Assembly: GCA_009699575.1 (NCBI GenBank)
Contig: WLNY01000001.1
Coordinates: 2,211 to 66,210 of the forward strand
Direction of reading: 5' to 3'
Origin: Actinomycetota bacterium
GTDB lineage: Bacteria; Actinomycetota; Actinomycetes; Nanopelagicales; Nanopelagicaceae
Length of the DNA stretch: 64,000 nt
Shown: positions 8,883 through 18,702 of the stretch, one piece after another
Numbering within the stretch: the first letter of the stretch is position 1
How the letters are laid out: each line of letters starts with the position of its first letter
Notes under the pieces: model-generated
What the model was told of the DNA's origin: nothing
The model's database searches: none
The model's input: the letters and a program-made list of their open reading frames with translations, nothing else
Made by a program: the position numbers and the translations under genes

Positions 8883-9674
8883 GTGAAGCGTTTATCGCGT
8901 TATCGTAGACATCGAGCAGCTGGGCCTGTTTTATTGCTCTTTGCTCTCTTCTCAGTTGGTACTACTTTTTCTATGGCAAGTGCTTCCAATCGTGAATCTG
9001 TCACTCCTCTCGCCCGAAGCGCAGCAATCGATGAAGGTCGAGAGATCTTTCTCAAGGGTTGCTCTTCTTGTCATGGACTCAACGCTCAAGGAAGCGTCGT
9101 TGCTCCATCTCTCATAGGAGTAGGAGCCGCATCTGTTGATTTCCAAGTTGGCACAGGTCGCATGCCAATGGCTGACATGAGCGTTCAGGCAAGCAGAAAG
9201 CCTCCTGTTTACAATGCCGAACAAGTTGCTGCATTGGCTAGCTACGTTTCATCTCTGGCTCCCGGTCCTGCAATTCCAACGGATTCACTATTAAATTATG
9301 AACGAGATGGAAGCACTGCTGCGGGTGGAGAATTATTTAGAACTAACTGCGCGATGTGCCACAATTTTGCGGGACAGGGTGGCGCGCTATCTCAGGGCAA
9401 ATATGCTCCAACACTTATGGGTGTTGAGCCTAAACATATCTATGAAGCAATGGTTACTGGACCTCAATCGATGCCTGTTTTTTCCGATAAGACAATTACC
9501 CCAGCTGAAAAACTTTCCATCATCAAATGGATCAAGGCTGCAGAAGCTGAGCCAGCACTGGGCGGCGCTTCACTGGGTCGTGTTGGTCCCGTAACTGAAG
9601 GGCTTTTAATTTGGACTCTAGGACTTGGGCTGCTCATTGGTGTTGCAGTCTGGCTAGCGACGAAGGCGAGATAG
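8883..9674 (+). CDS. qcrC: Cytochrome bc1 complex diheme cytochrome c subunit
   Basis: Two CxxCH motifs (CSSCH, CAMCH); between ctaE and the Rieske gene. Start GTG 8883 or TTG 8868. Confidence 0.95.
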   Translation: MKRLSRYRRHRAAGPVLLLFALFSVGTTFSMASASNRESVTPLARSAAIDEGREIFLKGCSSCHGLNAQGSVVAPSLIGVGAASVDFQVGTGRMPMADMSVQASRKPPVYNAEQVAALASYVSSLAPGPAIPTDSLLNYERDGSTAAGGELFRTNCAMCHNFAGQGGALSQGKYAPTLMGVEPKHIYEAMVTGPQSMPVFSDKTITPAEKLSIIKWIKAAEAEPALGGASLGRVGPVTEGLLIWTLGLGLLIGVAVWLATKAR

Positions 9675-9680
9675 GTACAC

Positions 9681-10673
9681 ATGTCGAAGGAAATCGAAGC
9701 GATCAAAGACCCTGGTCTTCCTGCACACGTTCATCGTGCGAGTGATACCAATCCAGCGATAGCAAAACAAGCAGAGCGACAAGTAGCAATACTTTTCATT
9801 CTCTCAGCAGCTGGAACTGTGTTAATGATCGGCTCGTATATTTTTATTCCAAACGATGTATTTATTTTCTTGCCTGCACTTGGGAACACTCATGCTGGAC
9901 AGCTCTTCCTTGGACTTGGAATGGCTTTCTCTTTATTCTTTCTTGGAATGGGCGCCATTCAATGGGCCAAGCGATTAATGCCAGATGATGAAGTTATTGC
10001 TTATCGCCACGAATTGCGATCATCCGATGAAGATCGTGCCGATTTTGTATCAACAATTAAAGAACGCTCTGGAGCAGCAGCACTTGGACGTCGCCCATTG
10101 ATTAAGCGAACTCTAGGCTTGGCTTTAGGGTTATTCTCACTCTCTCCACTTATTCTTCTCCGCGACTTGGGTCCACTGCCAAAGGATCAACTCAGTAAAA
10201 CGAGTTGGAAAGCCGGCACACGTCTAGTAACAGATCCTGGTGATCGTCCAATCAAGCCAGAAGATTTGGAAGTTGGAGCCGTTGCCCAAACATTGCCTGA
10301 GCTTGCGCAGGGACAAGAAAGAATTCTTAGTGACATAGGAAAAGATGCTGTACTTCTTATTCGATTGCGCCCAGAGGAATTCCAACTCGACGCTGAAAGA
10401 CTTTCCTGGACATACGACGGAATTATCGCTTTTTCAAAAATTTGCTCACACATGGGCTGTGCGGTCGCGCTATACGAGCAACAGACTAAGCACCTCTTGT
10501 GTCCGTGCCATCAATCCACATTTGATGTAACACGAGCAGCAAAAGTTATTTTCGGACCAGCGGCACGACCACTTCCACAGCTTGCTATCACCGTTGATTC
10601 TGAAGGATATTTAGTAGCACAACAACCATTTAATGAACCTGTCGGACCGAGCTTTTGGGAGCGATCATCATGA
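9681..10673 (+). CDS. qcrA: Rieske iron-sulfur subunit of cytochrome bc1
   Basis: CSHMGC and CPCHQSTF Rieske boxes, three N-terminal TM helices, GPAARPLP. Confidence 0.97.
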   Translation: MSKEIEAIKDPGLPAHVHRASDTNPAIAKQAERQVAILFILSAAGTVLMIGSYIFIPNDVFIFLPALGNTHAGQLFLGLGMAFSLFFLGMGAIQWAKRLMPDDEVIAYRHELRSSDEDRADFVSTIKERSGAAALGRRPLIKRTLGLALGLFSLSPLILLRDLGPLPKDQLSKTSWKAGTRLVTDPGDRPIKPEDLEVGAVAQTLPELAQGQERILSDIGKDAVLLIRLRPEEFQLDAERLSWTYDGIIAFSKICSHMGCAVALYEQQTKHLLCPCHQSTFDVTRAAKVIFGPAARPLPQLAITVDSEGYLVAQQPFNEPVGPSFWERSS

Positions 10674-12256
10674 GTACTCGCGAATACGTCGCCGGTAGCG
10701 TTGCTAACTATGTAGATGAGCGCACAGGCGCAGCTGCGTGGATGAAGAAGAACCTCACTAAAGTCTTTCCAGACCACTGGTCCTTTATGTTGGGTGAGAT
10801 TGCGCTCTACTCATTCGTCATCTTGCTTCTTTCTGGAACTTTCTTAACATTTTGGTTTGATCCATCCCAACGTGAAGTAATTTACGACGGCGCATATCAG
10901 CCACTTGCCGGGTTGAAGATGTCTGCCGCCTACGCATCTACTCTCAACATTTCCTTTGAAGTTCGTGGTGGCTTATTGATGCGCCAAGTTCACCATTGGG
11001 CCGCACTTCTATTTATGTCCTCAATGGTTGCGCATTTACTTCGTGTGTTTTTCACGGGAGCTTTTAGAAAGCCTCGTGAATTCAACTGGCTCATTGGAGT
11101 TGGTCTAGTGACTCTAGGAATTGTTGAAGGATTTCTAGGCTACTCACTTCCAGATGATTTGCTCTCCGGAACAGGAATTCGAATTGCGGAAGCAATCATT
11201 CAAGCTCTTCCCGTTGTTGGTTCTTATTTAGCATTCTTTGCATTCGGTGGAGCATTCCCTGGCGAAGCATTCATTCCAAGGATTTATACGGTGCACGTAC
11301 TTCTTTTGCCGGGAGCATTTCTTGCTCTGATCACTGTCCACCTGATGCTTGTGTGGTACCAGAAGCACACACAATATCCAGGTCCTGGCCGCACAGAAAA
11401 GAATGTCGTTGGTTATCCGCTTATGCCTGTCTACATGGCTAAGGCTGGAGGATTCTTCTTCATAGTTTACGGCGTGGTCGCATTTATTTCAGCCGTCGCT
11501 TCCATCAACCCCATTTGGCTCTACGGTCCATATACCCCTGGGCAAATCTCTGCAGGATCTCAGCCCGATTGGTACATGGGATGGCTCGATGGTCTCGTAC
11601 GTATGGCGCCTCCAATTGAGACACACGCATTCGGTCACACAATTTCATGGAATATTTTAATTCCTGGGTTGATTATTCCTGGAATTTTATTTACTGGAAT
11701 GGCCCTGTACCCATTTATTGAAAGTTGGATATCCGGCGACAAGCGCGAGCATCACCTACTTGATCGTCCACGAAATGTTCCTAACCGAACAGCCCTTGGT
11801 GTTATGTCATTAACCTTTATTTTGATCACCTTGATCAATGGTGGTAACGACATTATTGCTCAGCAGTTCCATTTGACCATCAATCAAATTATGTGGTTCT
11901 CTCGCATTGGGGTGCTTGTATTGCCTCCGATTGCATTTGTTATCACCAAGCGAATTTGTATTTCCTTGCAGAGAGCAGATCGAGATCTCGTTCTTCACGG
12001 ACGCGAAACCGGGCGGCTACTACGTATGCCAACTGGCGAATTTGTCGAGGTCCACGAGCCTATTTCAGCGGAGAAAGCCTGGGTTCTCACCTCCCATGAA
12101 CAAAACGCACCTTTACAAATCGAAGAAGTAGACCATCGAGGAGTTCGTCGAGTGGGCGCTATTCGAAATAGATTACGCGCTCGGATGAGCGAAGCGAACG
12201 CGCAATCAGCCCCTAAAGTTAGTGCTGACGATCTTAAAGAGATCGAACATCACTAA
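10670..12256 (+). CDS. qcrB: Cytochrome b subunit of bc1
   Basis: PDHWSFMLGE, RQVHHWAA, GYSLPDDLLSG and QPDWY (actinobacterial form of PEWY); ATGA overlap with qcrA. Confidence 0.97.
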   Translation: MSTREYVAGSVANYVDERTGAAAWMKKNLTKVFPDHWSFMLGEIALYSFVILLLSGTFLTFWFDPSQREVIYDGAYQPLAGLKMSAAYASTLNISFEVRGGLLMRQVHHWAALLFMSSMVAHLLRVFFTGAFRKPREFNWLIGVGLVTLGIVEGFLGYSLPDDLLSGTGIRIAEAIIQALPVVGSYLAFFAFGGAFPGEAFIPRIYTVHVLLLPGAFLALITVHLMLVWYQKHTQYPGPGRTEKNVVGYPLMPVYMAKAGGFFFIVYGVVAFISAVASINPIWLYGPYTPGQISAGSQPDWYMGWLDGLVRMAPPIETHAFGHTISWNILIPGLIIPGILFTGMALYPFIESWISGDKREHHLLDRPRNVPNRTALGVMSLTFILITLINGGNDIIAQQFHLTINQIMWFSRIGVLVLPPIAFVITKRICISLQRADRDLVLHGRETGRLLRMPTGEFVEVHEPISAEKAWVLTSHEQNAPLQIEEVDHRGVRRVGAIRNRLRARMSEANAQSAPKVSADDLKEIEHH

Positions 12257-13134
12257 TTCTTCACTGATTGTGAAGTAACAAGCCACACTCCTGTCACCGT
12301 GATGGCAGTTCCAACCATGGCCATGGGTGAGACTTGCTCTCCGAAAAGTAGAAATGCCATCACCGCCGTGACTGGTGGAACCAAGTAGTACAAGGATGAA
12401 ACTGACGCTGCACTTGAATTCTTTAATAAAAAGAAGAGCAATAAAATAGCTCCTACAGATAGCGCGAAAACCAACCAAAGAAGTCCAAATATGAATTGAC
12501 CCGTCCATCTAATCTCAAGCTTTTCACTAGCAATCGCGATGAGACCGATCACTAGTGCAGTCATCAAATATTGAACCGCGGCACCTGCAAGCATTGGAAT
12601 GCCAGCTCCGTACTTCTTTTGAAGAAGAGTCCCCAATGTTCCGCCTAACAGCCCTACAACACAGGCAATCACTCCACGTGTAGTGATATCTGAGCTCACG
12701 CCAGTAATACGTGGGGCTAAGACGAGAACTATTCCACTGAGCCCCAAAACCAAGCCTGCTATTCGCTTAACCTCCATTCGTTCACCTAAAAAAATAGATG
12801 CGAAAATCGAAACAAATACTGGCTGAACGCTCACAATCAGAGCGGTTATTCCCGCAGGCATCCCAATGCTTACCGCGTAGAAGCAGCCACCAAGGTAGGC
12901 AGCATGAAGTGTTAGCCCGATAGCGCTGGAGTGCATGAAGGAAGTGCGCGTAATCCCCCATTGACGGGTGAGAGCAAGAGCCATGAGAGCTAAAATCGAA
13001 GATGCGAGTGCCATTCGAATTGCTACAAAATAAAACGGCGGTGCATAATCTATCGCGTATTTAACACCGATGAATCCCGTGCTCCAGAGAAAAACAAATA
13101 AAAAGGGAGCAAGCTTTGAAGGTGAATACTTCAA
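12253..13134 (-). CDS. DMT/EamA family transporter
   Basis: LWSTGFI, about 10 TM helices, YLVPPVTA; likely TTG start at 13134 overlapping the ctaF stop. Confidence 0.85.
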   Translation of the reverse strand: MKYSPSKLAPFLFVFLWSTGFIGVKYAIDYAPPFYFVAIRMALASSILALMALALTRQWGITRTSFMHSSAIGLTLHAAYLGGCFYAVSIGMPAGITALIVSVQPVFVSIFASIFLGERMEVKRIAGLVLGLSGIVLVLAPRITGVSSDITTRGVIACVVGLLGGTLGTLLQKKYGAGIPMLAGAAVQYLMTALVIGLIAIASEKLEIRWTGQFIFGLLWLVFALSVGAILLLFFLLKNSSAASVSSLYYLVPPVTAVMAFLLFGEQVSPMAMVGTAITVTGVWLVTSQSVKN

Positions 13135-13532
13135 TGTGAAACTGAGACAGGTTTCTCGTACTCTGTAACCCAACCAATAATGCTGACCACAAGCGCCGAA
13201 ATTGCAATCAGAGTAAGCCACCAACCAATGATGAGACCGAGACCAGCAGCCATTGTGCTCAGAGCTACTGGAAGTGGCCACCAAGAATGTGGGCTGTAAA
13301 AACCGAGCTCTCCGGCTCCATCTGCTATTTCAGCTGTTGAATTATCTTCAGGAAGAATCACGCCAATTCTGCGTTGAGTAAACCATATATAGAAACCAAT
13401 CATTCCCGCGAGGCATCCAGAGAGCAAAAGAGCTGTGATTCCTAGAGGTTCGCCTCCCACTCCAAAGTAGACAACAGTCACAATGAAATAAAACACTGAG
13501 AGTCCAACAAATAATTGCCATGATGCTTTCAT
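13131..13532 (-). CDS. ctaF: Cytochrome c oxidase subunit IV (actinobacterial)
   Basis: PED..AEIADGAGELGFYSPHSWWP signature. Confidence 0.93.
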   Translation of the reverse strand: MKASWQLFVGLSVFYFIVTVVYFGVGGEPLGITALLLSGCLAGMIGFYIWFTQRRIGVILPEDNSTAEIADGAGELGFYSPHSWWPLPVALSTMAAGLGLIIGWWLTLIAISALVVSIIGWVTEYEKPVSVSH

Positions 13533-15188
13533 TTATTTGTGCCCTTCAGTCTTAATGTGAGGATGGTGAAGGTCAAATGCAGGTCGCTCACTTGAAATCC
13601 GAGGCATAGTCAAGAAGTTGTGACGAGGAGGTGGGCACGAAGTGGCCCACTCTAGAGAGGCACCATAACCCCACGGGTCATCGACTCCGACGAGCGGACT
13701 CCTACGAGTAATCCACACATTGATTGCAAATGGAATCATGGAAAGAGCTAAAAGAAATGATCCAATCGTTGACACAGTATTCATGTATGTAAATCCATCG
13801 GTAGCAAGGTAATCCGCGTAACGACGAGGGAAACCTTTTATGCCCAACCAGTGCTGAATGAGGAACGTTAAATGGAAACCAAAAAAGAGTGTCCAGAAAT
13901 GAATCTTGCCAAGTCGTTCATTGAGCATGCGACCTGTCATCTTTGGCCACCAGAAATAGAATCCAGCAAACATAGCAAAAACCACAGTGCCAAAGAGAAC
14001 ATAGTGGAAGTGCGCAACAACGAAATATGAAGCGGAAACGGCAAAATCAAGCGGTGGCGAGGCCAGAATAATTCCGGTGAGTCCACCGAATAGGAAAGTC
14101 ACGAGGAATCCCATGACCCACAACATAGGAGTTTCGAAGGTTACGTGACCGCGCCACATCGTTCCAATCCAATTGAAGAATTTCACTCCTGTTGGAACTC
14201 CAATGAGAAAAGTCATAAACGAGAAGAATGGGAGAAGTACTTGGCCACTTGCAAACATATGGTGAGCCCAAACAGAAACCGAGAGTGCTGAAATCGAAAT
14301 CGTTGCCGCAATCAATCCCTTGTAACCAAAGATTGGCTTCCTACTGAAAACCGGCAAAATCTCGGTCGCTATTCCAAAGAACGGAAGCGCCAAGATATAA
14401 ACCTCTGGGTGCCCAAAGAACCAAAAGAGGTGCTGCCATAGCATCGCCCCACCATTTGCTGGATCAAAGAGATGAGAACCAAATAGACGATCTGCCTCTA
14501 GTCCTAAGAATGCAGCGGCTAGCGGTGGGAATGCGAGCAAAACAAGAATCGATGTAAGTAATACATTCCAGGAAAAAATTGACATGCGAAACATCGTCAT
14601 CCCGGGTGCACGCATTGTGAAAATTGTTGTGATGAAATTTACGCCACCAAGAATTGTTCCTAGCCCACCGAGTGCAAGACCCATAACCCACAGGTCCCCA
14701 CCAATGCCAGGTGAGTATGTTGAGTTAGCTAAAGGGGCATATGCGGTCCAACCAAATGAAGCCGCTCCCCCGGGTGTGAGGAATCCCGCGAAAGCCATGA
14801 GGCCACCAAAAAGATATAGCCAGTATGAAAGCATGTTGAGTCGCGGAAAAGCCACATCCGCCGCGCCAATTTGCAGAGGCATGATCACGTTGGCAAATCC
14901 AACAAAGAGTGGGGTAGCAAACATGAGCAACATAATTGTTCCGTGCATCGTGAAAATTTGGTTGTATTGCTCTGTGCTAAAAAATTGTAAACCAGGCTTT
15001 GCTAATTCGGAACGAAGCAATAGAGCTAGTACTCCAGCAATAAGAAACCAAGCAAATGAAGTAATCAAATAGAGATAACCAATTGTCTTGTGATCCGTTG
15101 ACGTGACCCACTTGACGAATGCTTTACCTTTTTGAGTCGGCGCGTGAGCAGACTGAGAAATTGTTGGACGTTCTGCGTAGGTCGTCAT
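13533..15188 (-). CDS. ctaD: Cytochrome c oxidase subunit I (A1 type)
   Basis: [24 protein letters not shown] and VVAHFHY motifs. Confidence 0.98.
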   Translation of the reverse strand: MTTYAERPTISQSAHAPTQKGKAFVKWVTSTDHKTIGYLYLITSFAWFLIAGVLALLLRSELAKPGLQFFSTEQYNQIFTMHGTIMLLMFATPLFVGFANVIMPLQIGAADVAFPRLNMLSYWLYLFGGLMAFAGFLTPGGAASFGWTAYAPLANSTYSPGIGGDLWVMGLALGGLGTILGGVNFITTIFTMRAPGMTMFRMSIFSWNVLLTSILVLLAFPPLAAAFLGLEADRLFGSHLFDPANGGAMLWQHLFWFFGHPEVYILALPFFGIATEILPVFSRKPIFGYKGLIAATISISALSVSVWAHHMFASGQVLLPFFSFMTFLIGVPTGVKFFNWIGTMWRGHVTFETPMLWVMGFLVTFLFGGLTGIILASPPLDFAVSASYFVVAHFHYVLFGTVVFAMFAGFYFWWPKMTGRMLNERLGKIHFWTLFFGFHLTFLIQHWLGIKGFPRRYADYLATDGFTYMNTVSTIGSFLLALSMIPFAINVWITRRSPLVGVDDPWGYGASLEWATSCPPPRHNFLTMPRISSERPAFDLHHPHIKTEGHK

Positions 15189-15937
15189 GCGATGCTCGCC
15201 TTCAGTGTTTCAAGATAGCTTTGGTATTGCGCGGGTGTTACAACTTTTACCTTAAAAATCATTTCCGAGTGGTTTCGACCGCATAAAATATTGCAACGGC
15301 CAGGGAATTCGCCCAATTTGTTGGCTGTAAATTCCAGATGATTCGTTACTCCTGGTAGATTTTGAATTTGGATCATAAAAGCTGGAATCCAGAACCCATG
15401 TACTACGTCATTTGATGTAATTGTAAATCGTATTTTTTCTCCTTGAGGAAGATACAAGGTGGGTGGCTGAGCAGGCGTGCCAGTGACAACTGCTTTAGGG
15501 CCAGCTTCAGAATAACCGAATTGCCATGACCACTGAATGCCCTCGACTGAAATTTCATGTGCGGGTCCAGTTGTCTTTGCCGTGATTTTCGATTGGTCTA
15601 TTGCCGTGTACGCAAAGAGAACTGCAACGATAATAAAAGGGATAAGGGTGTAAGCAATTTCAATTGGGATGTTGTATTGAGTTTGCTTTGGAAACTCTGG
15701 ATCGCCCTTTTTTCCGCGATGAAATATTGCTGGCCACACGATCAGAATGAACGTAAAGACTCCGACAATTCCGGCAGTGATCCAGGCGCCCTGCCACAAA
15801 GATAAAGACGTATCGTTAACACTTGATAGACCTTCCTCAAATCCCAAACCCGAAACTTTGGAACATCCGGTGAGAAGGAGTGTGGTCGGTATAAGGCTTG
15901 CGGCCACCCGTAGGGTTCTGCGGCGAGTGAAGGACAT
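15185..15937 (-). CDS. ctaC: Cytochrome c oxidase subunit II (lipoprotein)
   Basis: Lipobox LTGC, two TM helices, QWSW, DVVHGF and CuA motif CxxxCGxxHxxM. Confidence 0.95.
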   Translation of the reverse strand: MSFTRRRTLRVAASLIPTTLLLTGCSKVSGLGFEEGLSSVNDTSLSLWQGAWITAGIVGVFTFILIVWPAIFHRGKKGDPEFPKQTQYNIPIEIAYTLIPFIIVAVLFAYTAIDQSKITAKTTGPAHEISVEGIQWSWQFGYSEAGPKAVVTGTPAQPPTLYLPQGEKIRFTITSNDVVHGFWIPAFMIQIQNLPGVTNHLEFTANKLGEFPGRCNILCGRNHSEMIFKVKVVTPAQYQSYLETLKASIA

Positions 15938-15996
15938 GGGGTCAAGGATAGTGGCGCATTTCCTCTTCGCACTCCTAAGCCAGTAATCTTCCTCGG

Positions 15997-17064
15997 GTGG
16001 TTCGTGTCACAGGAAATTTCCAAAGCGAAAGCCCTATCCATCCCAAGGCTTTGGCTCTACTGGAGAGCGCCTTTGAAGCAGGGTGGGCGGACCCCAAGAA
16101 ATTGGGCCAAGCAAGTGCCAAAGCGGCCCTACTGCGCAATGAAGCAATTGAATCCATAGCTTCTCACTTGAAAATTCACCCCTCCCAGATTGAAACTTTT
16201 GGCGATCCCGCCTTAGGGCATCACCTATCCCTGACTGCGTTAATGCAGGAGCGATCTCAACTCGTGCACAGCGCCATTGATCGAAGTGAAATATTCGCAA
16301 TAGCTCAGAGCGCTCGGACCACAGTCTTGCCAGTCAATCATGATGGAAACATTCTTGGAACGCACTCCCCTTCACCTCACAGTGTGCTGGCTTTGCAGAT
16401 TGCGAATGGGGAAACCGGTGTGATTCAAAAATGTGATGAAATAATTGAAGATGTCCAACCTGAATTAATCGCTCTAGATGCAACCGTAAGCGGATTTCAG
16501 GTTGAACTTCCTCGGCGATGGAACACGGCGCTATTTTCTTCGGCATCCTGGGAAGGTCCTGCCGGAGTAGGAATTTTGGCAATAGCGGATCGCTCTGTCT
16601 GGAGAAATCCACTGCCACATATCTCGGCGGCGCGAACAGGTTTATCTGCCTATCTGCCGCTACTCCTCGCATCGGCTCTAGCCCTCGAGGAGCGCGTCTC
16701 CATGGCCCGCGAAGAAGAACTCAGACGACGTCAATTGACAACTGCAATCCGAAGTGAACTCTCAAAAATTGCCGATTGCGATATTGCTGGAAATCTTGCG
16801 ACGAGCCTGCCGCATATAACGTCTGCGTCATTCATGTACTGCAACGGTGAAGAAATTATTCGCTCTCTCGCGATGGATGGATTTAGCGTCGACTCTGGAT
16901 CTGCATGCACTTCTGAAAATCTAGAACCAAGCCACGTGCTCGCAGCGATGCAAGTACTCACCCATGGAAATGTTCGAATTACTGTGCATTCTGGAACGAC
17001 GCACGATGAAGTGATGGGCCTTCTACGATCGCTGTCTTCAACAGTGATTCGGATGCGAGCATGA
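15997..17064 (+). CDS. Cysteine desulfurase-like (class V aminotransferase fold) protein, apparently lacking PLP-binding residues
   Basis: GWADP, ANGETGVIQ, WEGPAGVG and SGSACTS...PSHVL motifs; expected SxHK reads SSAS. Confidence 0.8.
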   Translation: MVRVTGNFQSESPIHPKALALLESAFEAGWADPKKLGQASAKAALLRNEAIESIASHLKIHPSQIETFGDPALGHHLSLTALMQERSQLVHSAIDRSEIFAIAQSARTTVLPVNHDGNILGTHSPSPHSVLALQIANGETGVIQKCDEIIEDVQPELIALDATVSGFQVELPRRWNTALFSSASWEGPAGVGILAIADRSVWRNPLPHISAARTGLSAYLPLLLASALALEERVSMAREEELRRRQLTTAIRSELSKIADCDIAGNLATSLPHITSASFMYCNGEEIIRSLAMDGFSVDSGSACTSENLEPSHVLAAMQVLTHGNVRITVHSGTTHDEVMGLLRSLSSTVIRMRA

Positions 17065-17267
17065 AGGAAATTGATGCACGCGGACTTTTATGTCCCTTGC
17101 CAATTATTAATTTAGGGAAGGCGATGTCCCAGTGCGAAAGTGGAGATGAACTTCTTTTACACTCAGATGATCCAGCCACTCAATCAGATTTAAATGCATG
17201 GTCACGAATGACAGGTAATACTGTGAACCCAATAACAGCTACAAGTTTCCTTATTGTAAAAAAGTAG
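17061..17267 (+). CDS. tusA: Sulfurtransferase TusA family protein
   Basis: IDARGLLCPLP and SDDP motifs; ATGA overlap with the upstream gene. Confidence 0.9.
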   Translation: MKEIDARGLLCPLPIINLGKAMSQCESGDELLLHSDDPATQSDLNAWSRMTGNTVNPITATSFLIVKK

Positions 17268-18225
17268 CTATTTCGTTGGCTGCATCATCACCATAGGCAA
17301 CTCTAAATCTTTCTAGGAATTGCGCCGGAGTGAATCGGTACTCCTGAGTTCCTTTTGTCTCAATGACATATGTTGCAATCATTGCTCCGATCTGGGCGCA
17401 TCGTTCGTGACTTTGCCCCCATGCCAACCCTGCGATAAATCCTGAACGAAATGAATCACCGACACCCGTTGGATCCACTTTGGCTTTCTCCTGCGGGCAA
17501 TGAGTTGTGATAGTTGCTTCGCCTGCTTGCTCGATACGAGCTCCACGTGCACCTGAGGTTATGACTCGATATTTCACTTTCGAGAGTATCTCTTCATCGC
17601 TCCAGCCAGTTTTTTGGATAGCGAGAGCTAATTCATATTCATTCATAAAGAGGTACGTTGCTCCTTCAATCAGGAGTTTGATTTCATCTCCGTTCATGCG
17701 AGCCATTTGCTGCGATGGATCTGCTGCAAAAGCAATTTTTCGAGAACGAGCAACTTCACTGTGACGAATCATCGCCTCGGGATCGTCGGGTGAAATTACT
17801 AATAAATCTAGCTCACCAGTCTTATCCATAATGGGAGCGAGCTCAATATTTCTCGCCTCACTCATGGCACCCGGAAAAAATGAAGCAATTTGGTTCAGGT
17901 CAGTATCTGTAGTCACCATGAAGTGTGCAGTGAATAAATTTTTTGAGACCAGCACATGTGCAGTGTTTACTCCATGGCGCGTGAGCCACGCGTCATAATC
18001 TGCCCAGTCTTTTCCAACTGCCGCGATTAGAATTGGATTTAATCCGAGGTAACCCATTCCAAATGAAATGTTCGCCGCGCACCCACCGCGCCTCACATCA
18101 AGATCATCGACAAGGAATGATAGTGAAACCTTTTCAAGTGATCCCGCGACGAGAGAGTCCGTGAATTTCCCGGAAAACGTCATCAAATGATCCAAGCCAA
18201 CTGATCCTGCGACACCAATATTCAT
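17251..18225 (-). CDS. PfkB-family carbohydrate kinase, likely adenosine kinase
   Basis: SLSFLVDDL, RGGCAANI, DPSQQ, NEYE and DPTGVGD motifs; same context as the actinobacterial adenosine kinase gene. Confidence 0.88.
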   Translation of the reverse strand: MNIGVAGSVGLDHLMTFSGKFTDSLVAGSLEKVSLSFLVDDLDVRRGGCAANISFGMGYLGLNPILIAAVGKDWADYDAWLTRHGVNTAHVLVSKNLFTAHFMVTTDTDLNQIASFFPGAMSEARNIELAPIMDKTGELDLLVISPDDPEAMIRHSEVARSRKIAFAADPSQQMARMNGDEIKLLIEGATYLFMNEYELALAIQKTGWSDEEILSKVKYRVITSGARGARIEQAGEATITTHCPQEKAKVDPTGVGDSFRSGFIAGLAWGQSHERCAQIGAMIATYVIETKGTQEYRFTPAQFLERFRVAYGDDAANEIATFLQ

Positions 18226-18243
18226 GGGTGTCAGAGTAGATGG

Positions 18244-18606
18244 TTAGTTAAAAGAATCGCCGCAGGCACAAGAGCCTCCAGCGTTTGGATTATCAATGGT
18301 GAAACCTTGCTTCTCAATTGTGTCAACAAAATCAACTGTTGCACCCGATAGATATGGTTCACTCATTTTGTCAGTGATTACCTTGACGGCACCAAATTCA
18401 CGGACAACATCGCCTTCAAGTTGGCGATCATCAAAATAGAGTTGGTATCGAAGACCTGAGCAACCACCTGGCTGAACAGCGACACGTAGGTTGAGATCGT
18501 CGCGTCCTTCTTGAGCAAGTAGCGCACTTACCTTCGCAGCAGCTACATCGGTCAATAAAATTCCCGTTGACGTTGTTTCGGTGGTGATAGTGATATCTGT
18601 GCTCAT
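18244..18606 (-). CDS. HesB/IscA/ErpA A-type Fe-S carrier
   Basis: GGCSG and NPNAGGSCACGDSF motifs; start ATG 18606 after GGGGAGAG SD. Confidence 0.93.
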   Translation of the reverse strand: MSTDITITTETTSTGILLTDVAAAKVSALLAQEGRDDLNLRVAVQPGGCSGLRYQLYFDDRQLEGDVVREFGAVKVITDKMSEPYLSGATVDFVDTIEKQGFTIDNPNAGGSCACGDSFN

Positions 18607-18702
18607 TGCTCTCCCCTTAATCAATGCTGTGTTCAGAGCAAAGACTACCGACCCCGGACCGTTGACGCGACACGGACACTATCTTTAGGAGAGAATGCGC
18701 GT

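Noticed and set aside
11560-11580. PDWY instead of PEWY in QcrB
   Set aside because: Standard for actinobacterial cytochrome b.
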